In this document: piece by piece, positions 11,878 to 23,932 of the stretch
Layout: each line of letters opens with the position of its first letter
Position numbering within the stretch: position 1 is the first letter of the stretch
Source: an uncultured Planctomycetota bacterium
GTDB lineage: Bacteria > Planctomycetota > Planctomycetia > Isosphaerales > Isosphaeraceae
Assembly: GCA_963823665.1 (NCBI GenBank)
Contig: CAWGMQ010000005.1
Coordinates: 384,001 to 448,000 of the forward strand
Direction of reading: 5' to 3'
Length of the DNA stretch: 64,000 nucleotides
Notes under the pieces: model-generated
What the model saw: the letters and a program-made list of their open reading frames with translations, nothing else
The model's database searches: none
What the model was told of the DNA's origin: nothing
Program-made: the position numbers and the translations under genes

Positions 11878-13699
11878 ATGAGGTTCTTTCGCATGCGAAT
11901 TCACGACCGACCACTCGAGCCGAACACTTCGCGAACCCATAGAAGTTGGGTCCGATGGGCCAAGGTTGTTGCGGCTGCGGTTCTGGCAGGTGGACTCGTC
12001 ATGGCTGCGATGACTGTGCCGGGATGGTTCTTCGCGATCACTCCCCGCTGGGTCGTGCGCAGAGTGGTCATCACCATGCTGTGGACACTGTTTGGCGTTT
12101 ACTGGATCGCGATACCTGCGGTCCTCCTTGGACTTCTCGGGTCATCATACGTCGTGGCGAGTGCGCGGCGGCGACGAGGTCCTGCTGTGCTAGCAGCGCG
12201 GCTTGCGGGTGCTGCTCCTGTCTTCGAGCTGTCTGGTGGGCTTGATCGCGATCGAGACGGGTTCGGCGATCAAGAACCGCTGGTCGCGCCGGCTGCCGGC
12301 GCTGCCAACGCACTTTCCTGTTCAAGCGAGCGCCAAGGCGGATTCGGATGGCGATCTCTATCTCGTGGTCGTCGGTGAGTCAAGTGCTCGAGGTGAGCCC
12401 TATCACCCGTGGTTGTCGGTGGGCCAGATCGTGGGATGGCAGCTCGAGCGGGTTTTTCCAGGACGCGCGGTGCGAGTGGACGTGCGCGCCGAAGGCGGCC
12501 TGTGCCTCGAGCAGGCCATTCTGCTTCTGCAGAGCCTCGATCGCCGCCCCGATGCGATCATGCTTTTTTCGGGACACAACGAATTCATCACGCGGCTCGG
12601 GCCGACGCGAAACGTGCGGCACTACGTGGAGGAAGGACCGCTCTCCCAGCTTGCTCTCATCGACCTGGCCCGCTCGAAGTCATCGGCAGCCAAACTGATT
12701 CTGGGCACACTCGATAGTTACTACGGCGAACGATCGCCACCGCTCGATTCATCCCGCGCCTTCGTCGATCATCCAGCCCATTCGCCGGAGGAATATCGAT
12801 TCTTATGTGAAGATTTCTCGATGCGGCTCGACGCCTTCACCGACTATTGCCAGGAAATTCGAGCCTTGCCGATCTTGATCATACCGGCCTCGAACGACGG
12901 ATCATTCGAGCCGAATCGCTCGGTGCTCGACGGGTCGACCAGGGCAGATGCTCGTTCCACATTCGAGCAAGACTTTCAAGCCGTGCGAGCGGCTGAGGCC
13001 AGTGCCCCGGAGGCGTCGATTGCCGGTTACCGAAGACTGGCGAAGCAGCACCCCGAGTTCGCCGAGACGCATTATCGCCTGGCGCGGCTGCTGGCCGCGG
13101 CCGGGAAATGGGACGAGGCAAAACGCCACTTTGTCCTGGCGCGCGACCTTGACGGGTTCCTCCTTCGCTGCCCGACCGCGCTTCACGAAGCCTACCGGTC
13201 CGTGGTGCGCCGGCATGGTGCCTTGCTGGTGGATAGCCCGCGGGTCCTCGATCGCCTCGCACCGCATCAAATCCTCGATGACTTTCTCTTCCACGACGCC
13301 CAGCACCCGAACCTGCGCGGCATCGTCGCGCTCGCGAACGACGTTCTGGCACAGCTCAAAGAGCGAAGCGCATTCAACTGGCCTGAATCGACACCGGCCC
13401 CCCGCGTCGACATCACCGAGTGTTCACATCATTTTAATCTCGACGCCCGGAAATGGAGCGAGATCTGTCGTCGTTCGGCGTCATTCTATTTCCGAACGGC
13501 CACGGTGCGGTTTGATCCATCGGATCGGAAGCGAGTCTACGAGGAATACGAGCAAGCGGCCGCCGCGATCGGAGCCGGACGGCCGCCTCTCGAATCGGCC
13601 AACCCGAACATCGCGCTGGCTGCTCGACTGGCCGAGTCGTGGCGAGCGGATGGGTCCACCAGTAGCGCACCGCGTTCGAATGGCTCTGGCGACGATTAA
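11878..13699 (+). CDS. Membrane-anchored SGNH/GDSL hydrolase-like protein with TPR; frameshift near 12195
   Basis: N-terminal TM helices; VVGESSA (block I), SGHNEF (block III), HDAQHPN (block V); TPR-like [11 protein letters not shown]. Confidence 0.75.
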
Positions 13700-16402
13700 C
13701 CCGGGGGCCCACGCGCGTCGTCGAGCTCGGCGTTCTGATTATTCCTCAGATCGCAGTGACCGCATTCGTCACGACGGGGTAAGAGCAGTTTCGCGATCAG
13801 ACCGGTCCAACCTGTCTGGTGCGAGGCACCCAAACCGCGGCCGGTCTCCGGCGTGAAAGTACTCGAAGAACGGAATGTAGTCGCGGAAATGCGGGTCGAG
13901 CTGGAGCATCTGGTCGTCGCCAAAGACCGGCCGGCGGCCATCGGGCCCGCGCAGGAAGATTCGGGCCAGACGCTGCGTCAACTCCTGCGCGATTCCACTC
14001 AACGAAAGGAACTTTCCCGAGCGCGTCGGGCACTCGACCTGGAAGTCGTCACCGTAATAGTGGTGGAACTTCTGCAGCGATTCGATGATCAGGAAATTGA
14101 CCGGCAGCCAGACGGGGCCCCGCCAGTTCGAGTTTCCGCCGAAGACGGCGGACTGCGATTCGCCCGGCTCATAGCCTACGCCCAACCTGGTGCCATCGCA
14201 CGAGAATTCGAACGGGTGCTGGCCATGGTGACGTGAAAGCGAGCGCACACCGTAATCCGACAGGAATTCCGATTCGTCAAGAGCTCTTCTCAAGAGCTTT
14301 TTCATGCGGCTGCCGCGCAAGAGAGAGAGCAGCCTGCGCTCGCCTGAGCCCGGTTCTTCCCAGCGTGAGATGAGCGCCGCTAGCTCGGGCCGATGTTTGA
14401 GCAGCCAGCGCAGGCGGGCGTGAAAGTCCGGGAGCCGCTCGAGCATCTCGGGCTCGAGAGTTTCGACTGCGAACAGCGGGATCAAGCCGACAATTGACCG
14501 CACGCGCAGCGTGACAGCCCGGTCTCCGCCTGCGATCAAGCGGTCGTAGTAGAATTGGTCTTCCTGGTCCCAGAGCGACGAACCGCCCTCGCCCATGTGG
14601 TTCATTGCGAAAGCGATGCCCAGGAAATGCTCGAAGAACTTGCTGGCGATGTCCTGGTAGACCGGGTTGCCAATCGCAAGCTCGAGCGCGATCCGCATGA
14701 GGTTCAGGGAGTACATCGCCATCCAGGCGGTGGCGTCGGCCTGCTCGAGACGACTGCCGTCACCCACCGGCTGGTTGCGATCGAAGACGCCGATGTTATC
14801 CAGGCCGAGAAAGCCGCCGTGGAAGATATTTCGGCCCTGTGCGTCCTTGCGATTGACCCACCACGTGAAGTTGAGCAGGAGCTTGTGGAAGACTCGCTCC
14901 AGGAACATCGTGTCGCCGCGACCGCCGCGCGCTTTGCGGTCGATTTGAAAGACTCGCCAGGCAGCCCAGGCGTGCACCGGCGGATTGGCATCGGAAAACG
15001 CCCATTCGTAGGCGGGCAACTGCCCACTCGGATGCATGTACCATTCACGGGTCAGCAGAACCAGTTGCTCCTTGGCGAAATCGGCGTCGACGAGTGCCAG
15101 GGTGATGCAGTGAAATGCCAGGTCCCACGCGGCATACCAGGGGTATTCCCACTTGTCCGGCATCGACACGATGTCGGCATTGTTGAGATGGGTCCATTCG
15201 TGATTTCGCCCCGCGCGGCGCGCTGCCGGAGGTGACGGCTGCAGCGGATCGCCTTCCAGCCAGCGCGGGACGTCGTAATGATAATACTGCTTGCTCCAGA
15301 TCATGCCGGCGAACGCCTGCCGCTGCACCTGGGCGGAGTCGCGGCACTCGAGCCCGCGCCCAAGACTATCGTAGAACTCGCCGGCTTCATTGCGTCGAGA
15401 TTCGACAATTTCGTCATGATCGTCGAAAGGCCGGTCGAGGTGCTCCCGGCCTAGTCGAAGCCGCACGGGCAAACAGCCGCCGGCGGGCACATCAAAGACG
15501 TAGTGGAAGGCCGCTTTCGTGCCGCATTGGCGCGGATTCACGGCCGACGGATCACCCCGCACGATGTAATCATGAAACGCATCTTTCCAGTATCCCTCGA
15601 CTGGAGGAGTGCCGAAGAGCCGATGGCGATTCGTTTCGTTTTCACAGAACAAGAGCTTGCCGGCAGGCTCGCCATGCAGGAAGTAATCGCCCAGACCCCG
15701 TTGCCGCGCGTGCAGCGTGCTCTCTGAGTGCTGGCTGATCTCCGGCCGCGGCTGCGACGTCGGCCGCCAGGACCAGGTATTGCGAAACCAGCACTGCGGC
15801 ACGAGATGGAGCACCGCTTGAACAGGGCCGCGATTGTAGATCGTGACGCGGAGCAGGATATCCGTAGGCGACGCCTTGGCAAATTCCACGAAGACGTCGA
15901 AATAGCGATTCTCGCCGAAGATGCCGGTATCGATCAGCTCAAACTCGCTCTGGTCTCTTCGTCGCCTGCGATTCTCGGCAAGGAGCTGCGCGTAGGGAAA
16001 CTCGGATTGAGGATATTTGTACAACATCTTCATGTAGGAATGCGTCGGCGTGGCGTCGACGTAGTAGTAGAGCTCCTTGACGTCTTCACCGTGGTTGCCC
16101 TCGCCGTTTGCCAGCCCGAAGAGCCGCTCCTTGAGGAGCGGATCGCGGCCGTTCCAGAACGCCAGCGAGAGGCAGAGCCGGCACTGCGAGTCGGACCAGC
16201 CGGCGATTCCGTCTTCACCCCAGCGATAGGCACGCTGGTGCGCATGATCAAACGGAAAGTAAGTCCAGCTATCGCCGCTTGAGCTGTAGTCTTCGCGGAC
16301 GGTGCCCCACTGACGATCGGAGACGTACGGCCCCCACAGCCGCCAGGGGGCGGACATTGATCGAGACTCGTCCAGTCGCATTTGTTCGGCGGTCTGCGTC
16401 AT
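13696..16402 (-). CDS. MGH1-like glycoside hydrolase (GH63 glucosidase); frameshift near 13850
   Basis: [36 protein letters not shown] and NSNWRGPVW motifs. The C-terminal [11 protein letters not shown] is in the alternate frame (ORF 13696-13941). Confidence 0.92.
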
Positions 16403-16526
16403 GGGAGTAAAGTGTAATCAATAACGGCTGTCCGGCGGCGACAAACATGGTAAATTCGGAGGTTTCTTTTTCGCGACGCCCAAGAGGCGCGACATTTCCC
16501 AGTTCCGTTCACTTCAGGGATTTCGC

Positions 16527-17998
16527 ATGACATCTGACGCCCCTGCGCAGCCGAGTGACCTGGAGCCGACGATGCTCGACACCGAGCCGCTCTACCCGCC
16601 GCCTGTCGACGTCCGAGCTTTGGATGAGCTTCTTTCCGAGACCACGCCCAAGCCGGAAGCCCTGCCGGTTTCGAGCGCGGAGCGTTATTTCACCGTCGAC
16701 GTGCTGCGCGGTTTCGCGCTGCTCGGGATCCTGGCAATGAACATCGTGAGCTTCGGCTGGCCGTGGCCCGCTTATGGCGACCCCACGCGCGGGGGCGGGT
16801 TCCGGGGGCTCGATCGAGCGATCTGGTTTTTCAATCATCTCGTTTTTGAAGAGAAGATGATGACGATTTTCTCGATGCTCTTCGGCGCGGGGCTGGTCTT
16901 GATGGACACTCGGGCACTTGCGCGCGGGGCGAGTATTGGCAGGGTCTACTATCGACGCGTTCTCTGGCTGCTCGCGATCGGCCTCGTTCACTCCTACTTG
17001 ATCTGGATTGGCGACATTCTGGTTCTTTATGCCGAATGCGGTCTGCTGCTTTACTTTTTCCGCAACCTGAAGCCGCTTGCGTTGATCGTCTGCGGAATCC
17101 TGTCGCTGCTTGTGCTGGTGCCGATCAACCTGGGATTCGCGGCGATGGCTGATTCGATGCAGGACGCGGCCGCGCGGGTGGAGGCTCAGAAGTCGGCCGG
17201 CGAAAAACCGAGCCCGCGCGACGAGCGGCTTGCCAAGTACTGGCATAACGGCTTCAGCGAGTACATCTCTCCAAAACCGGAAGACGAAGAGAAGGGATGG
17301 AAGAAAGAGCTCAAGGCCTATCGCGGGAGTTATCGCGGTATTGTGAGATTCCGGCGCGTCCTTTGTTCTTCTTGCAAACTTTCGGAGCCTTGTTGTTCGG
17401 CATGATCTTCATGGCGGCCGGCCGGATGCTGATCGGCATGGGGCTCATGAAGCTCGGGGTGTTCTCGGGCGAGCGTTCGCGGGGGTTCTACATTGGAATG
17501 GTCGCTCTCGGCTACGGAATCGGCTTGCCGCTCATGGTCTTCGACGCTCTGGAGTTGATCAATCACGAGTTTTCACACGATTACGGACTGCACGGCGGCA
17601 AGTTCTACAATTCCTACGGCAGCGTGGTCGTGGCCCTGGGCCATGTGTGCTTGTTGATTCTCATCGTGAAGAGTGGCGCACTCCACTGGCTCACCAGGCG
17701 GCTGGCCGCGGTGGGAAGAATGGCGCTGTCGAACTATCTGACTCATTCGATTGTTTGCACGACCCTTTTCTACGGCTACGGCTTCGGGCTTTTCGGGCGT
17801 ATCAATCGCACAGGGCTGGCCGGGATCGTCATTTTGATCTGGGTTGCTCAGCTCCTCTACAGCCCGGTCTGGCTCAAGCACTTCCGATTCGGACCAGCCG
17901 AGTGGCTGTGGCGATCGCTTACTTACGGGCGTCCCCAGCCGATGCTGGTTGGGGATCCGCCGAATCCCGCGTCTGCACAGCCGACCAGCGCCCAATAA
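16527..17998 (+). CDS. DUF418 (YeiB-like) membrane protein, copy 1; frameshift near 17350
   Basis: DVLRGFALLGILAMNI, FSMLFGAG, GDILVLYA, GRMALSNYL and FRFGPAEWLWRSLTY motifs. Confidence 0.9.
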
Positions 17999-18103
17999 TC
18001 GCTTGCCGCTAACGAAAGACATGTTAAACTCCACGACCGCGCGGAAGCGGTGCAGGCTTGGATTTCGATCAGACTCGTCCCAGCAGCGACGGAAGGTCAG
18101 CAC

Positions 18104-19539
18104 ATGCCAACGGATACAACCGCCGAGCCGGCCGAACTGGAACCGACGGTGCTGGACACCGAACCGAGCTTCACGCCCGGCGATCAAGTGGACAGCAAGG
18201 CCGCGAGCGCCCCAAAGCAGTGGACCGCACCGCGCGCCGAGCCGGTGACGGGGGCCCAGCGCTACTACTCGGTCGACGTTCTGCGCGGCTTTGCGCTCCT
18301 GGGCATTCTGGCGATGAACATCGTCTCCTTCGGCTGGCCGGGGGTCGTGTATGGCAACCCGATGAGCGCCGGTGGGTTCGAGGGGCTCGACCGAGCCATC
18401 TGGTACTTCAATCATCTCTTCTTTGAAATGAAGATGATGACCACGTTCTCGATGCTCTTCGGCGCGGGGCTGGTGCTCATGGACCAGCGGGCCGAGGCGC
18501 GCGGGCGCGGATTCGCGGCGTCTACTACCGCCGTGTGCTCTGGCTGCTGGTGATCGGCCTCGTGCATGCGTACCTGATCTGGAGCGGCGACATCCTCGTG
18601 CTCTACGCCGAGTGCGGGCTGTTGCTCTACTTCTTCCGAAACCTGGCTCCGCGCACGTTGATCATTCTCGGAATCGCCGCACTGCTCTACCTCGTTCCGA
18701 TTCTCCTCGTGATCTCGAGCGGCGTCGACTCCACAAAGGATTTCTTTCAGCAAGCAGACGCCCGCATACTGGCGCGACAGGAAGCCGGTCAGGAGCCGGA
18801 ACTGCGCGACCGGGCTGCCCAGCTTGTGTGGCACGGTTGGATGGCGGAGCAGTTCCGAGAGTCGCCGGCAAAACAGATCCAGGGGTTGAATGACAGCATC
18901 AAGATCCATCGCGGCAGTTACTGGGGCATCGTGAAGGATCGCAGTGGAGGTCTGCTGGCTGAACACACCATCGGGTTTGTGCTGGCGGGATGGAGCCTGG
19001 CGATGGGTCGAATGCTGATCGGGATGGGGCTCATGAAGCTGGGCGTCTTCTCGGCGTTGCGGTCGCGCCGGTTCTATCTCTGGATGATGGCACTCGGCTA
19101 CGGCATCGGCTTGCCGCTGATGGTCTTCGACGCGCAGGCGCTGATTGCGAACAGCTTCTCGGGCACGTATATGATGCACGGCGGGTTGTTCTACAACTTT
19201 TTTGGCAGTTTGGTCGTCGCATTAGGCCACGTCGGGATGCTGATGCTGGTCGTGCAAAGCGGAGCAATCACCTGGCTCACCAATCGGCTGGCGGCAGTGG
19301 GGCGAATGGCGCTCACCAATTATTTGACCCACTCGATCGTCTGCACGACGCTGTTCTACGGATACGGATTCGGCCTCTTTGGCACGATCAACCGCACAGG
19401 GCTTGCGGCCATCGTCTTGATCATCTGGGTCACGCAACTTCTGATCAGCCCGATCTGGCTGCGACATTTCCGCTTCGGCCCGGCAGAGTGGCTGTGGCGC
19501 TCGCTCACCTACTGGAAGCTGCAGCCGATGCGGGTTTAG
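18104..19539 (+). CDS. DUF418 (YeiB-like) membrane protein, copy 2; frameshift near 18505
   Basis: Same motifs as copy 1; ATG at 18104 with GGAAGG upstream. Confidence 0.9.
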
Positions 19540-19578
19540 TCCCGGGGCTCACGCCGATCGAGCCGAGGGAGGGAGCGG

Positions 19579-19733
19579 AGATTTCCGGGCGGGAATGTTG
19601 CGCCAAGTTTCCCCCCTGGAGAAGGGGGGAACCAGGGGTGGCTGTTGAAAACTCGCGGTCTGACGACCGGGGATTTCCTGCCGAGTATGTTGCGCCAAGT
19701 TTCCCCCCCTTTAGAAGCGGGGGCCAGGGGGGG
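19579..19733. repeat. Two direct copies (92-bp period) of a REP-like element with a C-run/G-run hairpin, between convergent genes
   Basis: ATGTTGCGCCAAGTTTCCCCCC...GAAG(G/C)GGGG..CCAGGGG at 19595 and 19687. Confidence 0.75.
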
Positions 19734-19797
19734 TCCGTCAAGGCGGCCGCCATCACAAAACCGTCGCGCAACACATAACGAAGAACCTTTTGGTCAG

Positions 19798-20280
19798 TCA
19801 TTTGGGTTGTTCCCGGTGGCGTTTGAAGAACGTCATGAGTACCTCGCCTGCGACCGCCGAAGGATCTCGCATCAACCCTCTGCGCATTTGCGAACTCATC
19901 TGATCGCGATCAAGCGGCGCGCCATACGCTCGCTTATGCCCCGGCAGCTCACGGATGAAATCGAGGAGGGTGGCAAGAGCGGCTTCAACCCCGTAGCCTG
20001 CCTTCACCTTGATCTCGTAACACAGCACATCCGGATATTCGGGATGAGATAGGCCGCGAACTGGAACCAGAAGAGGGTTGCTTTGACCGGCTGTCCAACG
20101 GGTAAGCCGGCTCGTGATTCCCTCGCCGAAGCGCCGGCGGATGCCGCCCAGAATTCGCTCGATGACTCTGCGCTCGAGAATCGTTGTGTGCTGAAACTGC
20201 AACGTGATGGTCCGTCGATCACCGTCGGCGATGACGTTGAATATCGCCCGATCAAATTCAACGCTGTGGCGCTCGATCAT
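19798..20280 (-). CDS. Hypothetical protein
   Basis: 160-aa ORF filling the gap downstream of the sulfatase; no recognised motif. Confidence 0.55.
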   Translation of the reverse strand: MIERHSVEFDRAIFNVIADGDRRTITLQFQHTTILERRVIERILGGIRRRFGEGITSRLTRWTAGQSNPLLVPVRGLSHPEYPDVLCYEIKVKAGYGVEAALATLLDFIRELPGHKRAYGAPLDRDQMSSQMRRGLMRDPSAVAGEVLMTFFKRHREQPK

Positions 20281-20328
20281 GTCGCTGACTCATCATATGA
20301 CCAAAAAGACAAAATACGCGATCCCTCA

Positions 20329-21904
20329 TCAAGGTGCCTTCTTCGCAACTCGGCCGTACGCCTCATCGGGAATCTCGGCTGGAACCTTCAGCTCAATGCG
20401 CAGGCGCTCGAGCTCGCGCTTCAAATCGCCAACGACCCCCTGATTGGCCGGCTCGTCGTAAACGTTTCGGAGCTCGAGCGGGTCTTGCTCCATGTCAAAA
20501 AGCTCCCAGGAATCCAAGTCCGGACTATCGAACCGGACAAATTTGTACCGCCCCGTGACGACGCCATAGTGCGGACGAACGTGGTGCGGAACGGGATACT
20601 CGAAGTACTGGTAGTAGAAACTCTTTCGCCAGTCTGGCGGACTCTCCCCTTTCAGCAGCGGAACCAGGCTCCTCCCCTGCATGTCGCCGGGAATCGGCAA
20701 GCCGGCGGCTTCGAGGAACGTCTCGGCAAAGTCGATGTTGGAGACAATGCTCGAGCTCGTGCCCCCCGGCTTGACGATACCCGGCCAGCGCACGAGCAGC
20801 GGTGAACGCAATGATTCCTCGAAGATCCAGCGTTTATCGAACCAGCCATGCTCGCCCAGATAGAAGCCTTGATCCGACGTGTAAACGACGATGGTGTCGC
20901 GCGCCAGGCCAGCGCCGTCCAGGAACGCGAGCAGGCGGCCCACGCTCTCGTCCACGGCGTGCAAGCAGCCGAGGTAATCGTGCAGGTAACGCTGATATTT
21001 CCAGCGTACGAGGTCTTCGCCCTGAAGCTTGGCAGCACGAAATGCGGCATTTCGGGGCTCGTAATAGGCGTCCCAGATGCGACGTTCTTCCGGGGTAAGG
21101 ATGGAAGGAGGCGTGAGCTTTAAATCAACCGCGTTCATCGTGCCGGCAATGGTCATGTCCTGGTCGTGCTCAGCCTTGCCGCGCCCGGAGTAGTCGTCAA
21201 AGAGAGTGGCGGGCTCCGGGTAGTGGCGGTCGGCGTCGTGCCCCAGGTGCCGCAGCGCGGGCAGCCACTCGCGATGAGGCGCCTTGTGCTGGCACATGAG
21301 CAGGAAGGGTTTCGACTTGTCCCGCTTGCGCAGCCATTCGAGGCACAGGTCGGTGATGATGTCGGTCGTGTAACCGCTGCTCGCGGACGGGCTCGCCGTT
21401 CTTGATCATCGGCGGATGATAATAGACCCCCTGCCCCGGCAGAATTTGCCAATCGTCGAAGCCGGTCGGGTCGGTGACCAGATGCCACTTGCCGAAGATG
21501 GCGGTCTGGTAGCCCGCGGCTTGCAGCAACTTGGGAAAAGTCGTCTGCGAGCCGTCAAAGCGGCTGTTGGTGTTGTTATAGAAACCGTTTCGATGCGAGT
21601 ACTTGCCGGTCAAGACGGAGGCCCGGCTCGGCCCGCAGATGGAGTTGGGCACGACGCACCGCTCGAAGCGCATTCCTTCCTTGGCCAGGCGATCGATGTG
21701 GGGCGTCTCGATCAGCTTCCGCGGGTCGTTGTAGGCACTGATGGCTTGAAACGCGTGGTCGTCGCTGAAAATGAAAACGATGTTCGGCCGGCGAGCTTGA
21801 GCGGGCTCAGAAGGCGCTTCCGCGCGGATTCTGGACGCGGTGAAACTCAGGGCCAACGCCGCGACCAGCATCCAAGGCACGCCTTGGACCGCGTAACGCT
21901 TCAT
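20329..21904 (-). CDS. Sulfatase (S1 family, exported); frameshift near 21380
   Basis: RPNIVFIFSDDH, CGPSRAS (formylglycine motif), GKWHL, YTSDQGFYLGEHGWFDKR and WELFDMEQDPLE. Confidence 0.95.
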
Positions 21905-21971
21905 GATGATTAGGCCTCCCCGACCTGACGAGCCTGGGTGCATTCTAACGGTTCCGCGAGGCCTTTCAAAC

Positions 21972-23123
21972 TCACTCAATCGCGAAGGTGGTTCTGCCGA
22001 AGACTTTGGGATCATTCAACTGGGTGACCTTGATGTTCTCGGCTCCGGCCTTGCCGAAGGTGGCCGCGTCGAAGAACGTGTGCGACCCGTGATCGGCCGG
22101 TGTGAACGTGTACGACTGCGGAGCGAAATTCGCCAAGCCGGTCGACTGAGGCGGCGGTGCGCTGATATGGAGGCTGGCATATACCGATGGGGGGAAGGTT
22201 GTCCAGGAATCCGTGGGGCTGGTGAAGATCACCGTCCCGGTGTAGTTGGTCACCGGCTGGCCATGCGTGTTGATAGCGGTTACCTCGAAGCTCACGGGCT
22301 TGTTGAGCTTGCCGTGACGGACGACGGGCATCACCCGGAACGAGGCGGCCGTGAGTGGAGTGACCAGAACGGTGACCGGGGCCGAGACGCTCCTGGCGAA
22401 ACGATTCGTGTCGGGCACATAAGTGGCCTGGACATGATAAACGCCGACATTTTCCAGCTTGTAGGTCCCGAAGCTGACCTGCTGGCCGAAATTGCTGACG
22501 GTCTCCTCGCCCAAGACGACGGGGTGGCGCGACATCGTGGTCAGCTTGATGATTCCGTCGGGCAGACTGCTGTTGGAGTTTTGAACGCTTGCGTTGAGGG
22601 AAACGAGCTGACCGGTCTCAAACGTGCTGGCCGTGAGCTGGAGGCTCGTGACGGTGGGGGCATTGAGCGTCTGGGGCGTGATCGAGATAGGGAGCGGGGC
22701 CGAGGTGCTCGCCGCGTAGACCTTGTCGGAAGGCAAGAACTGCGCCGCGATCTGGTAAGGGCCGATCGCTGTCAGCTTGTTAGTTAACAGTGAGGCGAAG
22801 TTCTTCGAGTTGACTTTGACAGTGCCCAGAATCACGGGATTGGTTGAATTGACGTAGAATTCGACTTTTCCGTTGATCGGCTTGGCCTTCCCGGCCTTGG
22901 TCACCGGAACCGCGCCCGCGGTTTTGATCGTGGCGAGGAGCGGCACCTTCTGACCCGTTTCGGCGCTGGGGGCCTCCGGTTGAAGAGTGATGATGGTGGG
23001 AGCAGCGGCCGGGGCCATCGTCTGGCTCAGCATGCTTCGCTCTTCCAGCGCTTCCAGGCGAAAGCGCGCGGGGGCTCGACCACGAGGTGAATCCCGACCC
23101 AGAAGGCGCGCGAAATACGACAT
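21972..23123 (-). CDS. Secreted Ig-like (Big_3-type) domain protein with planctomycete export motif
   Basis: FRLEALEERSMLS; two Ig-like units; NYTGTVIFTS...YTFTPADHGSHTF. Confidence 0.8.
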   Translation of the reverse strand: MSYFARLLGRDSPRGRAPARFRLEALEERSMLSQTMAPAAAPTIITLQPEAPSAETGQKVPLLATIKTAGAVPVTKAGKAKPINGKVEFYVNSTNPVILGTVKVNSKNFASLLTNKLTAIGPYQIAAQFLPSDKVYAASTSAPLPISITPQTLNAPTVTSLQLTASTFETGQLVSLNASVQNSNSSLPDGIIKLTTMSRHPVVLGEETVSNFGQQVSFGTYKLENVGVYHVQATYVPDTNRFARSVSAPVTVLVTPLTAASFRVMPVVRHGKLNKPVSFEVTAINTHGQPVTNYTGTVIFTSPTDSWTTFPPSVYASLHISAPPPQSTGLANFAPQSYTFTPADHGSHTFFDAATFGKAGAENIKVTQLNDPKVFGRTTFAIE

Positions 23124-23340
23124 CCCTTCCTCTTCGGCCCTCAGTGGCCGAGCGACGTGAACCACCCACAGGCCGGGCTGACCGGGAAAACACCCAGAAC
23201 GGGCGCGCAACGAATCGATTTGAGAGAAGACAGGCGGCGGTATCATATTCGCCGGCCCGATCCTGTCAAGTGCGGCTCGGTAACGGGCCGCATTAACTTC
23301 CCGATTTCAGCATCAACCCTCCCACGAACGAAAGCCCTCA

Positions 23341-23776
23341 TTCCGACGCTCCACGTCGGAACGTCCCTCAGGCCGCTCCGCGGCGCGCTCGACGCTGACA
23401 TCCGTGTGTCGCCCTCCTCCGCCCTCCGTCCTCCGCTCTCCGTCCTCCGCTCTCCGTCCTGCGATTTATCCCCTCCCCCGACCTCGTAGTTCGTTTTGTA
23501 TATTCGACGCGCGTCCTTGCCCTGCAACGATTAACGGAATGAACCCCTCCCGCCCCGTTCGTTCCAAACGCATCGGCAGTCCCCACCCCATTGTCGCCCT
23601 GCGCTCCGCGAAGGGATGGTGTTTGCTCTGCTCTCGTGCCGACTCCCATGTTCCAGCAGCAGAAATACGCCTTCGCGGATTGAAGGCCGATTATGCGATT
23701 TCAAGAGCGTTGCAGCCGGCACCGTCCATGGCCCCAACGGGGGCCCTGGTCAATAGCCACGGGCTTCAGCCCTTGG
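23341..23776. repeat. Cluster of REP-like palindromes and a heptamer tandem repeat
   Basis: TTCCGACG-CTCCA-CGTCGGAA (23341-23361); (CTCCGYY)x6 (23417-23458); GTCGCCCTGCGCTCCGCGAAGGG (23593-23615); GCCCCAACGGGG...CCACGGGCTTCAGCCCTTGG (23731-23776). Confidence 0.65.
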
Positions 23777-23932
23777 CACGGCTTCAACCCTTCGGCCGTC
23801 TCTTCGGCCCAGGTTTCGGATTCCAAAGGATTCTTCCCCCAGTTCGCTCCCGAGGAACGTCGCGCCGACATTCGGGACGCATAGCGGTAACATGGAAGAT
23901 CGCCAGGACCAAAGCCCAACGCCCACACCAGT

